NCBI GenBank assembly: GCA_965222155.1
Contig: CBDCTH010000012.1
Span: forward strand, 2,144,001 to 2,208,000
Source: Gammaproteobacteria bacterium
GTDB lineage: Bacteria; Pseudomonadota; Gammaproteobacteria; Eutrophobiales; Eutrophobiaceae
Length of the DNA: 64,000 bases
Reading direction: 5' to 3'
Shown: positions 1-10,965 of the stretch, in pieces
Numbering within the stretch: the first letter of the stretch is position 1
Layout: every line of letters begins with the position of its first letter
Notes under the pieces: generated by a model
Seen by the model: only the letters and a program-made list of their open reading frames with translations
Database searches by the model: none
What the model was told of the DNA's origin: nothing
Program-made: the position numbers and the translations under genes

Positions 1-491
1 TCCCTTTCTTCCTGGAAGAATTAACCAGGACAACATTAAAAGCGCGGCTCGCCGGATACGGCGACCTGCAGTCAACCTCGAGTGACTTTGAAATACCGAA
101 AAAAGTGCGTACTGTTTTGATGGCAAGACTGGACCAGGATACTTCCTCCCGTGAAGTGGCCCAGATTGGCTCCGCTATAGGCCATGAATTCAGTTATAGC
201 CTGCTGATAAAGATTTGGGATCATAATCGGAATACGCTCGATCATGCATTGAATTCCCTGTGCAGGTCCGAGTTACTGGTGAAATCAGGAGATGCTGATA
301 ATACCCGTTACACGTTCAAGTGGGTATTGATGCGCGAGGTGGCGTACCAAAGCATATTAAAACGGGTACGACAGCATCTGCACAGGCGGATCATAAGGGT
401 GCTGAAAGAACACTTTGCTGAACATGTCAGACTTCATCCGCATTTACTGGAGCGTCATTACACCCTTGCCGGAACCCCGAAAAATCATTGA
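1..491 (+). CDS. C-terminal part of an AAA-ATPase/adenylate cyclase-type multidomain protein (5' end outside window)
   Basis: Frame is open from base 3 (PFFLEELT...IPKKVRTVLMARLD...AQIGSAIGHEFS...YTFKWVLMREVAYQSIL), typical of the post-AAA region of cyclase-AAA proteins; it ends without a TPR region. Confidence 0.75.
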   Translation, partial: PFFLEELTRTTLKARLAGYGDLQSTSSDFEIPKKVRTVLMARLDQDTSSREVAQIGSAIGHEFSYSLLIKIWDHNRNTLDHALNSLCRSELLVKSGDADNTRYTFKWVLMREVAYQSILKRVRQHLHRRIIRVLKEHFAEHVRLHPHLLERHYTLAGTPKNH

Positions 492-560
492 ACCACAACG
501 AGCACAATAGATGAACTAAAAAAAATCATCCCCATACAAAATACGATTAACGGAATATTT

Positions 561-1298
561 ATGATAATCGTGAAAAAAATGACAAAAACAACCATTGAGA
601 TCACTGCGGGCTCACTAGCCGCGGTTAAATTATTTTATGACCTGTCCTTTAACGACCGTAAGGTGGTTGCCGATAAATCCCGGGGAATGAAATTCGCTAC
701 GGGAGATGTGATCACGTCCCATAATGATATGGACAACGACGTATATTTTATCATCAGCGGTAAAGTGCGGATCGCCATCTATTCTTCTTCAGGAAAGGAA
801 GTCTCTTTCCGTGACCTGCTGGCGGGGGAAATGTTTGGTGAAATTGCAGCCGTAGACAACAAATCCCGGTCTGCCTACGTCGTAACCCTGTATGAGACCA
901 CCCTCGCTGCCATGACTGCGGAGAATTTTCTATGGCTTATGCAGCTTTATCCTTCGGTCATGAACAGAACACTGGAGCACTTTGCACAATTGATCAGATT
1001 ATTATCAGAGCGTGTGGTTGAATTCAGTTGTCTGGACGTCAGAAACAGACTCCACGCGGAACTGCTTCGATTAGCCTGGAAAAATATGGACAATTCCAAT
1101 ACTGCGACAATATCACCAGCGCCTAAGCATGTCGAACTTGCCAGCCGGATCAGTACCCACCGGGAAGCCATAACGCGGGAGCTGACGCAACTTGCATTAT
1201 CCGGCATGATCCATAAAGGAAAAAATTGGTTGCGAATAAACGATGTGGTAAAACTTGAAAACATGGTCCAGGACACGATTGGAATCTATAAAACATAG
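561..1298 (+). CDS. Crp/Fnr family transcriptional regulator
   Basis: cNMP-binding motif FGEIAAVD..RSA and C-terminal HTH (HVELASRISTHREAITREL). Confidence 0.9.
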   Translation: MIIVKKMTKTTIEITAGSLAAVKLFYDLSFNDRKVVADKSRGMKFATGDVITSHNDMDNDVYFIISGKVRIAIYSSSGKEVSFRDLLAGEMFGEIAAVDNKSRSAYVVTLYETTLAAMTAENFLWLMQLYPSVMNRTLEHFAQLIRLLSERVVEFSCLDVRNRLHAELLRLAWKNMDNSNTATISPAPKHVELASRISTHREAITRELTQLALSGMIHKGKNWLRINDVVKLENMVQDTIGIYKT

Positions 1299-1577
1299 TC
1301 ATGCTGCGGCCTGTCTGTAAAATTTTATTATTATTTTCAACAAAATGTGACTTTTCCCACATTCATCATCTACCGAATCCGCTAGACTTTCCAGGCCTGT
1401 CCACAAGATGAAGTTTGTTACGTGAACATTTCATTTGGTGGACCAAATCAGTACAGGAGGTACTGATGGTGGTGGTGGAGGGATCTACCATAACCGAAGC
1501 CGCCACTTGGTTGCTCTGTTCGGGAATCTGACAGGACGTTATTTTCCCGGACAATTGTATTACCCGGTATGCCTGCT

Positions 1578-2849
1578 TTAGCGGAAAAGCGCGGGTAAAG
1601 GCTTTTCCCCCGAAAAGTAGGGATGCCAGAACCTGATAGTGATGGGGACGGAGACGTTAAGCCAGAAAATTGTAATCATGAGAGTATAAAATACTTCCTC
1701 GGTAAAGATGCCGTGTTGTATGTATGCGATATTCATCACAACAAACGCCAGTTCCGCCCGTCCCAGCATGCCAAATCCGATCATTATCGAATCCTGCCAG
1801 TTAAAACTGCCGGTATAACGCGCCGCGGCAGCGGCTGATATCACCTGGGCAAAAAACACGCAGCCAAGCAGGATCAGGGTTTCATCAAGGACGGAAGCGA
1901 TAATATCCGCGTCAAAGACGATTTCAGTACCCAGGTTTACGAAAAAGATCGGGCCAATCCACGAGAAGGCAACATCATCGATGATCTTACGGGTGTCTTG
2001 ATACAGGGTGCGCATGTTTTCCCGTTTGCCGAAATGAAAGTATTCCTCCTTGATGATCAGACCCGCCATGTAGGCGCCGATAGCCGGGTGCAATCCCAGC
2101 TGATGGGCCAGCAGGCTGATCGAAATGGCGACCAGTAAAATACCCAGGGTGGCCTTGCTGCCATCATCTATGGCAAGCAGGTTAATCATCCCGAAACGGC
2201 GCAGGACGGGGTAGCGTGCCAGCAATCCTCTGTCGGCACTGTGCGGCATGATCCAGACCGCAATAATGACTATGAGAATAAAGAAAAACAGCGCTTTGAA
2301 CAGAATCATTGCTATCCCGATTATGGATAAATCACCTGATCCCGTGGCTACTGGTATCAGGACAGCAACCAAAGCCAGGGAAGCAATATCATCTATTACT
2401 GCCGAAGTCATGATACCGCTGGCCGCGCCGGATAAATGCAGTCCTTCACTTCTCAGTGAAACCATGGTCAACGAAACAGCCGTCGCGGTCATGGTCAAAC
2501 CGCACAACATGGCGACGTGGTCATCTCCCCAGAAATATTGCGCACAGCTATAGGCAGCAATGAACGGGGCAATCGCGCCGAACAGGGCAATCCCCCAGCT
2601 GCGTTTGATAGTCCGGATGAAATGACCCGGATTTGCTTCAAACCCCAGTGCGAACATGATCAGGATAATGCCCACCTCGGAAATCCCTGTTATGAAAGGT
2701 GTGCTGTGGCTGGGCAGCCAACCCAGGTTGACCATGAGGCAACCCGCGGCAAGGAAATACAGCACCGGCGTAAGCTTGGTCCTGAACGCCAGCCAGGAAG
2801 CGATAAAAACACAGGCCCAGATCAAAGCCAGTTGTTGTAAGTCATGCAT
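1578..2849 (-). CDS. Cation:proton antiporter (CPA2/Kef-type)
   Basis: About 12 TM segments; motifs EVGIILIMFALGFE, TATAVS, AVIDD, PIFFV, RAELA. Confidence 0.88.
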   Translation of the reverse strand: MHDLQQLALIWACVFIASWLAFRTKLTPVLYFLAAGCLMVNLGWLPSHSTPFITGISEVGIILIMFALGFEANPGHFIRTIKRSWGIALFGAIAPFIAAYSCAQYFWGDDHVAMLCGLTMTATAVSLTMVSLRSEGLHLSGAASGIMTSAVIDDIASLALVAVLIPVATGSGDLSIIGIAMILFKALFFFILIVIIAVWIMPHSADRGLLARYPVLRRFGMINLLAIDDGSKATLGILLVAISISLLAHQLGLHPAIGAYMAGLIIKEEYFHFGKRENMRTLYQDTRKIIDDVAFSWIGPIFFVNLGTEIVFDADIIASVLDETLILLGCVFFAQVISAAAAARYTGSFNWQDSIMIGFGMLGRAELAFVVMNIAYIQHGIFTEEVFYTLMITIFWLNVSVPITIRFWHPYFSGEKPLPALFR

Positions 2850-3009
2850 AGTCAGGTTTTCATCCAGTTATTATTGCTTTCGAAAGCGCAGCTTGCGCCA
2901 ATCCGGCACAAAATCTCGCCGGCCGGGTATTCCTGATCCTTCTCAAGTACTGTCCGAGATTCCATTGTGCGCTCGTCCGCTGAACTGCTATTATTATATT
3001 AACTGATCC

Positions 3010-3591
3010 ATGATAATGTATGCCATGGCTGCCTTAATTGAAACCCTCCATAAGGATCACAAGAATTACTCAGTTCTACTGGATCTGCTGGGTGTGGAAG
3101 CAGACAAGCTTGAGCAGGGACATGAGCCTGACCTGGTGCGCATGTATGACATAGCGAACTATATGGTCAGCTATCCTGATACTTTCCATCATCCACATGA
3201 GGAGTTAATCTTTGATATCCTGGGAGCGCTCGAACCGGACTGCTCGGCGGAGCTCAGTATACTGAATAACGAACACAAGCAGTTGGCTGTCACCGGACTG
3301 ACTTTGAAAGACGCACTGAACGGCGCGATCAACGGTGCGATAGTCCCTATGGACAAGATTCTAGACAATGCCAAAAGTTATATAAATTTGCTATGGAAAC
3401 ACATGAATATGGAGGAAGGGAGCATTTTCCCAAAAGCACAATCCGTTCTGGAAGACACGGAATGGCAGTTGATAAATGACAAGATTTCCCAGGTCGAGGA
3501 TCCGTTATTCGGTGACGTTGTCCAAACCCAGTTCACAAAACTGTACGAAAGCATCATACAGAATACCGACATATCTTCCTCACAAGGATGA
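3010..3591 (+). CDS. Hemerythrin (HHE) domain protein
   Basis: LHKDH, FHHPHEE, NEH and HMNMEE..IFP motifs. Confidence 0.85.
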   Translation: MIMYAMAALIETLHKDHKNYSVLLDLLGVEADKLEQGHEPDLVRMYDIANYMVSYPDTFHHPHEELIFDILGALEPDCSAELSILNNEHKQLAVTGLTLKDALNGAINGAIVPMDKILDNAKSYINLLWKHMNMEEGSIFPKAQSVLEDTEWQLINDKISQVEDPLFGDVVQTQFTKLYESIIQNTDISSSQG

Positions 3592-3623
3592 ATCTATGAG
3601 AAATTGCAGTCTGGTCACTGTAT

Positions 3624-3700
3624 TTTGGGGTCAGTGTAAAAACCCTTTCTGATATCAGGGCCGGTATCATAACCCACAGGGTTTTTACACCGACCCCAAA
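3624..3700. repeat. REP-like inverted repeat (TTTGGGGTCAGTGTAAAAACCC...GGGTTTTTACACCGACCCCAAA)
   Basis: About 22 bp inverted arms with one mismatch in the intergenic gap; a related half site (TTGGGGTCAGT) lies near 10844. Confidence 0.7.
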
Positions 3701-3755
3701 TATACAACGAACGAGACTTTGACCCCTTTCCTGAATTGTTGTTCAATAATCACCC

Positions 3756-4877
3756 ATGACTCTTGCATTAACCAGGGAACTCATAGCCAGGCCGTCAGTA
3801 ACTCCTGATGATGCCGGTTGCCAGCAGTTAATAGGCGAACGCCTGAAAACGTGCGGTTTCAATATTACCCACCTGCCCTGTGCGGATGTGGCCAATCTCT
3901 GGGCCACTCATGGCCGGGGCGCCCCCGTCTTTACTTTTCTGGGACACACCGACGTGGTGCCGGCAGGGCCGGAAAAAGACTGGGAATCGCCCTCGTTCCA
4001 GCCACGCGAACGAAACGGCTACCTGTACGGTCGCGGCGCCGCCGACATGAAAGGCAGTATCGCCGCCATGGTTACCGCACTGGAGCGTTTCGTTGCAGCC
4101 AATGGCGCACACAAGGGAACCATCAGCCTGTTATTGACCAGTGATGAAGAGGGTATTGCAGTCAACGGCACAAAAAAAGTAGTGGCATACCTGGAGCAGA
4201 ACAAGGTCAGGATTGACTGGTGCCTGGTAGGCGAACCCTGCAGCCGTGAACAGGTCGGTGATACCATCAAGAATGGCCGGCGCGGATCCTTATCAGGCGT
4301 GCTCACCGTCTCCGGCATACAGGGCCATACAGCCTACCCGGCGTTGGCAAAAAACCCCGTTCACCTGGTCGGCCCGGCACTGGTGGAGTTGAGTCAGCGG
4401 GTCTGGGATGACGGCAACGCCCATTATCCGCCCAGCAGCTTCCAGATCTCCAATATTCATGGGGGGACCGGCGCCGAGAACGTTATACCGGCCGCCGTAG
4501 AGGTCAGTTTCAACCTGCGTTTTTCCACTGAATGGACCGAACAGCGACTCAAAGACGCTATAGAGAACCTGCTGCAAAAGCATGATCTGGACTACAACAT
4601 CCTCTGGCGTCCCTGCAGCCAACCCTTCCTGACCCAAGCCGGGAAATTACTTGATGCAGTTCAGTCTGCGGTTGCGGACGCCTGCGGGGTCACGCCGGAA
4701 ACCTCCACGGCCGGCGGCACTTCCGATGGCCGCTTCATCGCGCCCACGGGCGCCGAGGTGGTGGAACTGGGACCGGTAAACGCCACCATCCACAAGGTCA
4801 ACGAGTGTGTCCGTAGCGCCGACCTGGAAACGCTGTCGGACCTGTACGAAGACATCCTGACGCGGTTGATAATATAA
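3756..4877 (+). CDS. dapE: Succinyl-diaminopimelate desuccinylase
   Basis: GHTDVVP, GRGAADMKG, TSDEEG, KNGRRGS, GGTSDGRFI, IHKVNE motifs. Confidence 0.96.
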   Translation: MTLALTRELIARPSVTPDDAGCQQLIGERLKTCGFNITHLPCADVANLWATHGRGAPVFTFLGHTDVVPAGPEKDWESPSFQPRERNGYLYGRGAADMKGSIAAMVTALERFVAANGAHKGTISLLLTSDEEGIAVNGTKKVVAYLEQNKVRIDWCLVGEPCSREQVGDTIKNGRRGSLSGVLTVSGIQGHTAYPALAKNPVHLVGPALVELSQRVWDDGNAHYPPSSFQISNIHGGTGAENVIPAAVEVSFNLRFSTEWTEQRLKDAIENLLQKHDLDYNILWRPCSQPFLTQAGKLLDAVQSAVADACGVTPETSTAGGTSDGRFIAPTGAEVVELGPVNATIHKVNECVRSADLETLSDLYEDILTRLII

Positions 4878-4906
4878 GGGAAACTCTGAACAAGTCCATC
4901 CTGGTC
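4877..4906 (+). repeat. 30 bp dispersed repeat / IS-end-like sequence
   Basis: AGGGAAACTCTGAACAAGTCCATCCTGGTC has an exact inverted copy at 59155-59184. Confidence 0.7.
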
Positions 4907-4938
4907 CTGTCAGAAGTTCATGAGATGTTACGCACGGA

Positions 4939-5595
4939 CTAAGACTGTCCCGCTTTATACCTGATCACCTCACCCATTTTTTGCAGGCGCAACTGAAAGC
5001 GATCGGAGGGTTCCTGTTTGAGCCAGGTGAGAAATTCCAGCAACAAATCCGCGGTAAGCCCCCAGACGTAACCGCCGTCCCAGTCAAATGCATGGGTTGT
5101 CCGTGGTTTGCCGAGAAAGTCAACGGTATGTGAGGTATTCACTTCAGGGAGTAACAACACCCGGATATCGGCAATGATCACCTCTGCCACTTCACCGGCA
5201 TTTGCCGTAATCTCAGGCGCCTTGTCGGCCCAGCCCACGTAAGGGATTACGTGATGGCCGGCGATACTGTAGGCATCATCCAGGCGACCCATTATGGTGA
5301 CGGCGCCAGGGTCAATACCAAGTTCCTCCTGAGTTTCCCGTAAAGCAGTAGCGGCCATGTCCTCATCACCGGCATGAAACACGCCACCGGGGAAGGACAC
5401 CTGCCCGCGATGACTGGAAACAGTCTCAGTACGTTTGGTGAAAACGACTTCAATGGCATCTTCCGGACCTGGCCAGAACAACAATAAAACGGCGGCACTG
5501 GAGAATGTGTCGGGAAGCAGGTGTTCAGGGAAAGTTTGCGGCTTCCGTTCCTTAAGCTCTGCCAAGCGCTCCTGGAACCATGTTCTGAAACTCAT
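4939..5595 (-). CDS. CoA pyrophosphatase (Nudix, NudL/Pcd1-like)
   Basis: AAVL, HRGQVSFPGG, TALRETQEELG Nudix box, VWGLTA; start moved to ATG 5595 to avoid overlap with aceA. Confidence 0.88.
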   Translation of the reverse strand: MSFRTWFQERLAELKERKPQTFPEHLLPDTFSSAAVLLLFWPGPEDAIEVVFTKRTETVSSHRGQVSFPGGVFHAGDEDMAATALRETQEELGIDPGAVTIMGRLDDAYSIAGHHVIPYVGWADKAPEITANAGEVAEVIIADIRVLLLPEVNTSHTVDFLGKPRTTHAFDWDGGYVWGLTADLLLEFLTWLKQEPSDRFQLRLQKMGEVIRYKAGQS

Positions 5596-5665
5596 CAGAC
5601 TGTCCGGGGATGTGCAGGGGCGAGTTTCGGCGCCCCCCGCCTTCCCGGTTCTCTTTGTTCTCTCC

Positions 5666-6955
5666 TCAGTTACTGGCCGCCTTGTCAAACTGTTCCTCTT
5701 CTGTGGAACCCGTCAACGCCGTTACCGATGAGCGGCCACCCTGTATAACGTTAGTCACTTCATCGAAATAGCCGGCGCCCACTTCCTGCTGGTGCGAGGC
5801 GAACGTATAGCCCTTTTTCGCCGCAGCAAATTCCGGTTCCTGTATCATCTCGACATAGGCAGTCATGCCCCTGTTTACATAATTGTGGGCAAGATCAAAC
5901 ATGTGGTACCACATGTTATGGATACCCGCCAGGGTAATGAACTGGTACTTATAACCCATGGCTCCCAACTCACGTTGAAATTTGGCTATGGTGATATCAT
6001 CCAGGTTCTTTTTCCAGTTGAAAGACGGCGAGCAGTTATAGGCCAGCAGTTGCTCCGGGTATTCCCCGCGGATTGCCTCGGCAAAACGTCTGGCCTCGTC
6101 CAGGTCCGGCACAGCCGTCTCGCACCAGAGTAAATCCGCGTACGGTGCGTAGGCCAGGCCCCGGGCAATCGCCTGGTCCAGCCCGGCGTGGGTAACGTAA
6201 AATCCTTCCGTGGTCCGTTTACCGGTGATGAACGGATGATCTCTTTCATCCACATCGGAGGTGAGCAGCGCCGCGGCATTGGCGTCTGTCCTGGCCAGGA
6301 CAATGGTCGGCACGCCCATTATGTCCGCCGCCAATCTTGCCGCTGCCAGCTTCTGGATAGCTTCCTGGGTGGGCACCAACACCTTTCCTCCCATGTGCCC
6401 GCATTTCTTGACGGAGGCAAGCTGGTCCTCAAAATGCACGCCGGCAGCGCCTGCTTCAATCATACCCTTCATCAATTCAAACGCATTCAGGACACCGCCG
6501 AACCCGGCTTCAGCGTCGGCAACTATCGGCGCAAAGTAATCCAGGTCCCCTCCCCCCCTGGCGCACTGGATTTCATCGGCCCGCTTAAAGGCATTGTTAA
6601 TACGTCGAACCACGGTGGGAACTGAATCGACTGCATAAAGTGATTGATCAGGATACATGGTCTCTGAAGTATTGCCGTCGGCCGCTACTTGCCAACCCGA
6701 CAGGTAGATAGCCTTTACACCGGCTTTGACCTGTTGTACGGCCTGACCGCCGGTTACCGCGCCCAGGCTGTTTATATAATCCTCGTTGTTCACCAGGTCC
6801 CACAACTTCTCGGCGCCGCGCTTTGCCAGTGTATGCTCGATCTGCACAGAACCTCTCAATTTCACTACGTCAGCCGCGTTATAGTCCCGCCTGATATTTT
6901 TCCAACGAGGATTCTCTACCCAATCCCGCTCAATCTGCCTTATTTGATTATTCAT
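5666..6955 (-). CDS. aceA: Isocitrate lyase
   Basis: [11 protein letters not shown] catalytic motif, [28 protein letters not shown]. Confidence 0.98.
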   Translation of the reverse strand: MNNQIRQIERDWVENPRWKNIRRDYNAADVVKLRGSVQIEHTLAKRGAEKLWDLVNNEDYINSLGAVTGGQAVQQVKAGVKAIYLSGWQVAADGNTSETMYPDQSLYAVDSVPTVVRRINNAFKRADEIQCARGGGDLDYFAPIVADAEAGFGGVLNAFELMKGMIEAGAAGVHFEDQLASVKKCGHMGGKVLVPTQEAIQKLAAARLAADIMGVPTIVLARTDANAAALLTSDVDERDHPFITGKRTTEGFYVTHAGLDQAIARGLAYAPYADLLWCETAVPDLDEARRFAEAIRGEYPEQLLAYNCSPSFNWKKNLDDITIAKFQRELGAMGYKYQFITLAGIHNMWYHMFDLAHNYVNRGMTAYVEMIQEPEFAAAKKGYTFASHQQEVGAGYFDEVTNVIQGGRSSVTALTGSTEEEQFDKAASN

Positions 6956-7023
6956 CTAATTCTCCTTAACGAAACGAAAACGGCCAATATACACTGCCAA
7001 TGCGTCACCTGCAAATCTGCTCC

Positions 7024-7206
7024 CAGCAGTTCCCGCTAACTCCTGGGAGCTAGGGCATCCTGCCCTCGTGGAGGGCGAGACGCCCTCCCTCCCAGGGAAA
7101 CAGGCCCCCTTATGGTCAGAGTATGCCCAACTCCCAGGGGACAGATTTAAATCTGTCCCCCACGTTGTCTTAAACTGTATTAACCTCGAGTTAGCGGGAG
7201 CACATG
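7024..7206 (+). mobile_element. MITE copy 1 (19 bp TIR, 9 bp TSD) carrying REP-like palindromes
   Basis: Ends CAGCAGTTCCCGCTAACTC / GAGTTAGCGGGAGCACATG; flanks ATCTGCTCC / ATCTGTTCC; related copies at 12555 and 36981. Confidence 0.82.
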
Positions 7207-7240
7207 ATCTGTTCCCAAGGTCAGCAGCCACCCGCTACGG

Positions 7241-8701
7241 TTAAACCATAGAGTCGTCCGTGAAGAAGACGAAGTACGTGTCCATGAGGTCTGCTTCGTT
7301 GAAGTCTTGCAGCGTGATCGTTCCGCCACCCTGCCCGGACAAGTCAATGACCAGATTACTCGCTTGCTGCTGCATGACCAGGTCCTCTACTGACTGAATG
7401 TCCTGGAAAGCCGTGAGAACAATTTTATCATCACCGTTGCGGAAATCCGCGATGGTGTCATCCCCGCCTTCAGTGGCAAAGCAGAAGGTGTCATTACCCT
7501 CTCCCCCCTCTAGCCAGTCATTACCCAAGCCGCTTTTCGACCAGTCCTCATCGAAATCGGAGTTGAATTCAAACCAGTCATTGCCGGGGCCGCCCCGCAG
7601 CAGGTCGTCGCCGAAGCCGCCCAGAAGCATATCATCGCCCTTGCCGCCGTACAGCCTGTCGTCCCCATAGCCGCCTAGCAGCAGGTCGTGGCCGCCGTCA
7701 GGGCCACCGTACAGCAGGTCGTCCCCGGCAAGACCCAAAAGCGTGTTATTCCTGAGGTCGCCGGCCACTACGTCGTTGTGATCAGAGCCTGCCAAGTGCT
7801 CAATATCAGGCACTTCCATTGTCCGTGTGTTACCCCCAGCGTCCGTATACTCGATCACATCCGTTCCAAACGTATCGCCTTCGGCATCGCCCCCCCAGGC
7901 CGTGCCGTCATACAGACGCACTTCCACGCCAACCACTCCAGGGTAATAAAACCCATACGAGGCAGTATCGTTACCAGGACCACCCCTGAGCGCGTCCGCG
8001 CCCTCACCGCCTATAAGCACGTCATCACCCTCCCTGCCGTCCAACTCATCGTTGCCGAAAGCGCCATGAAGGAAGTTGGCGTCGTGAGCACCTACCAGGA
8101 GATCATCATGAGCAGAACCCACGAGACCTTCAATATCAGGGACGTCCACCTGTTGCGTGTTACCCTTGGCATCCTCGTACTCGATGGTCTTCATGCCAAC
8201 AAACGTATCCCCTTCGGCCTCGCCGCCCCGGGCCGCGCCGTCATACAGACGCACTTCCACCCCGGCATGCGAATACAGATACAATATTAAATCGTTGCCG
8301 GCGCCGCCCCTGAACGTATCCGCACCCCGACTGCCTTCAAACACGTCATTCCCCGCACCACCTTCCAGCGTGTCGTCACCGCTGCTACCTACAATCAGGT
8401 CACTACTCCCCATTCTATATATGGTCACCCTGTAGTCACCCCAATTCTCCTGGTTCGGGTTACTCCCATAACTGTCGGCGCTGATGTAGTAAACGCCAGT
8501 GACATCCGGGGAAAACCTCACCATCGAGTTGAGTTCTCCCGCGGCGAAGTCGACGTCGTCGTTAACGGCAACCTGCTCCCCCACTGAATTGAAAATCTTC
8601 AGAATAGTGTCCACCGCGCCGCTGGCCCCGACTCCAGTCAGGCTGATTGCATACCGATCTCCCGTAACCAGGTCAACTCTGATCCAGTCTTCGTCGAACT
8701 C
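7241..8701 (-). pseudogene. RTX/hemolysin-type Ca-binding repeat protein with PPC-like domain, 5'-truncated
   Basis: Many GGxGxD nonapeptides and two internal repeats (GVEVRLYDG..GGxAEGDTF...VPDIE); frame continues upstream of 8614 (DEDWIRVDLVTGDRYAISL) and then runs into unrelated DNA at about 8700 with no start codon. Confidence 0.8.
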
Positions 8702-8706
8702 AGAAA

Positions 8707-8850
8707 ATGCTTGATGCGAAAAAAGATAATATCGTAGCGTGGCTTGATTTGTTCCTCACCCTGCTCCTCAAGCAGGCACAGATGGCAGTTGAATTACTCG
8801 CAAAAGAAAAACTTGAGAAGTTGCTCACCGCAAAGCAAATGGCAGTCTTC
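8707..8850 (+). pseudogene. Fragment resembling the post-Fic helical region of Fic family proteins
   Basis: DNIVAWLDLFLTLLLKQAQMAVELLAKEKLEKLLTAKQMAV; recognition from memory of the family only. Confidence 0.45.
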
Positions 8851-9233
8851 AATTCGTCGATGACCCACAACACGCCACGGACTCGTACACCGGCCTCCGT
8901 CGCGACATTGCGCAGAAGAGCATCGCCGGTCAGGAGAATGCCCTCTTCGTAGCACTGTGCCGTTACGAGGCAGATGCAGTCATTGGCCGAGAGACTGCCA
9001 TGCTGCTGCTTCAGTGCGAAGACATCTCCCATCCGTTGTGGGGGGAGGTCATAGGTTTCCATGCCGCTGCCATCAAGGATTGCCCATTCCTGGTACGTGA
9101 AATCAAGCAGTTCGGACTCGCGGATTGGTAGAGGCACGATGAAACGTTAAGGCAGGTACGTCAACGCAGGCAGCAGCTGCCCCTTGCGCAAGTCGATCAG
9201 GCAAGACGCATCGTTAATGACGACACAGGTCAC
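8840..9233 (-). pseudogene. PIN-domain toxin-like gene with premature stop and 3' truncation
   Basis: GTG at 9233 overlaps the upstream TGA; reads VVINDASCLIDL..., in-frame TAA at 9149-9147, then LSANDCIC...LLTGDALLR...GVLWVIDEL. Confidence 0.8.
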
Positions 9234-10333
9234 CGGTCACGCGGTCCCCGAATTTCCCGTTCAATGGTTAAAAGGGACAAGCGCAAGAACTGTGCCGCGC
9301 GGACAGGCGAGATCAGTTGTTCACCTAATGCCCACCAAACCAGCCGCTCGAAACGTTGCGGCCGTTCAAAGGCGCCAAAACCTTTATCATCGCTGATCGG
9401 CTCCGGCTCCTCGGTTCGCCAGGCACGCGCATAGCTGCGGAAAGCATACTCAATTACCGCTGGTGACAGGATGCCAGTCTGTCCGAGCCGCATCAACATC
9501 GCCGCCGCCGACACGCCATAGAGACGCTTCAGCCGTATGAGTTCGTGATAAGTCATGCCGTGTCGTTGCGCTCCGACTTCTTCGACCAGGCGCTCGCCCG
9601 GTACCAGAAACGCCCCCGCGAAGTGGTTCATGGCCTTTTCAAGGCCGACAGCCGGATTACCAGTCGCGCGAATGACCCGGTGTGCGAGTTCATGGGCGAG
9701 GGTAAAACGTTTGCGCTCGATATTGGTCCGGTTGGACACAACAACGACTGCGGCGTCGGGCTTGCCGTCACTACGCTTCACATCACAAGCCATCCCGTCG
9801 AAGCGCTCCGGTAGGTCCGCTTCGATGACCTTGATCCCCTTGTCTTCGAGCAGGGCTGATATGCTGGGGATTGGATCAATCCCCAACGTCCATTTCTGGC
9901 GCAGGGCCTGAGCCATGTCTTCCACGGCCTCGAAATTCTCGACCCGATCGGTCACGAGGTCGCTAAAGGGATCAGCAGGCGGAACCAGTTCCAGAATGTC
10001 CTCGATTGCCAGATAGTCTTCGAGCTTTTCGATCACGATCGCTTCGGCCTGTGCGCGGTCCTTCGCCGAGGTGCCGGAATGCTTGCGGAATTCGAGCCCA
10101 CTCAGGGTCTCGACTTGGCCCCCCATGAGGAAATCCAAGGACACGCCAAGTGCCTTGCCGAGCCCGACCAACACCTTTGATGAGGGCATCATCTTGTCTG
10201 CCTCGTATTTGCTGATGGCTTGTGCACTGACTTTAGGAATGACGCGATCAGCAAGGGCCTGCATCGACAGTCCTACCTTCTTTCGCGCCAATCTGAGCCT
10301 TTGTCCGAACATTGTTTCTGCTCCAGTTTTCAT
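9230..10333 (-). CDS. XRE HTH plus ImmA/IrrE family Zn metallopeptidase
   Basis: N-terminal HTH (RLRLARKK.GLS...AISKYE) and RFTLAHELAH HExxH motif. Confidence 0.92.
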   Translation of the reverse strand: MKTGAETMFGQRLRLARKKVGLSMQALADRVIPKVSAQAISKYEADKMMPSSKVLVGLGKALGVSLDFLMGGQVETLSGLEFRKHSGTSAKDRAQAEAIVIEKLEDYLAIEDILELVPPADPFSDLVTDRVENFEAVEDMAQALRQKWTLGIDPIPSISALLEDKGIKVIEADLPERFDGMACDVKRSDGKPDAAVVVVSNRTNIERKRFTLAHELAHRVIRATGNPAVGLEKAMNHFAGAFLVPGERLVEEVGAQRHGMTYHELIRLKRLYGVSAAAMLMRLGQTGILSPAVIEYAFRSYARAWRTEEPEPISDDKGFGAFERPQRFERLVWWALGEQLISPVRAAQFLRLSLLTIEREIRGPRDR

Positions 10334-10506
10334 GGTTGATAAACACCAAAATATGTAATATATTTAAACATATGATTGTATATTTTGACATGTATCTGGT
10401 CATTTTTCAATCGAAATGAAATTACGAGTCCTGGCCTTTTCGACTCATAATACGCAATGGATTCAAGGTGCTCAGCTTCTGCGGCAGGATGGAAGAAATA
10501 GCTCAT
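10330..10506 (-). pseudogene. RelE/ParE toxin, N-terminal remnant
   Basis: ATGA overlap with the antitoxin; MSYFFHPAAEAEHLESIAYYESKRPGL is a ParE-like N-terminus and similarity is lost after about 27 aa. Confidence 0.7.
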
Positions 10507-10727
10507 CTGAGCAAAGCTTGTGCCTTTCTCCTGACTTCTTCTACCGGAATTGGTTGAACAATACCTTCATTGAATTCCATGGCCCGTCGGTGTGCTTCAA
10601 CTAACCAATCTTCCTCAATTTCATTTTGTGATGGGACATCGAGACTCAGCAGAGGCTGTTGCGCCAGCTCTGTTCTTTCTTCTTCTGATAAATGAAGAAC
10701 CTCATCTTTAATCTGTTTCAGGTTCAT
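10503..10727 (-). CDS. Addiction module antitoxin component (TIGR02574-like)
   Basis: LSEEERTELA..LL.SLD...IEEDWLVEAHRR...G..PIP.EEV pattern. Confidence 0.82.
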   Translation of the reverse strand: MNLKQIKDEVLHLSEEERTELAQQPLLSLDVPSQNEIEEDWLVEAHRRAMEFNEGIVQPIPVEEVRRKAQALLR

Positions 10728-10930
10728 ATTTTTATCTCTTGTCGTTGATCCTGCTGACTGTCCGAATTCAATACCTATGAGACAAGCCTGTGCTGGCGCA
10801 GGCCAGTATCAGGCGGTCTGTGTGAGTGGTTGATAATGCTCCATTGGGGTCAGTAAACCAAAACTAAAATGATCCGTGCTCGAGTTGAAATACAACTCCA
10901 ACTGCTTCAGACGCTATCGCCGCGGCCTCG

Positions 10931-10957
10931 GCAGTTCAAATCCTGTTAGCCGTACCA
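10931..10957 (+). other. Possible tRNA 3'-end remnant (att-like)
   Basis: GCAGTTCAAATCCTGTTAGCCGTACCA: T-loop consensus and ACCA end, with no 5' half. Confidence 0.3.
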
Positions 10958-10965
10958 AACTTTCG

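Noticed and set aside
1366-1554. 62 aa ORF between the Crp regulator and the antiporter
   Set aside because: No recognisable motif or RBS
5596-5688. Extended Nudix N-terminus overlapping aceA
   Set aside because: Low-complexity extension from a TTG start; ATG at 5595 fits the family better
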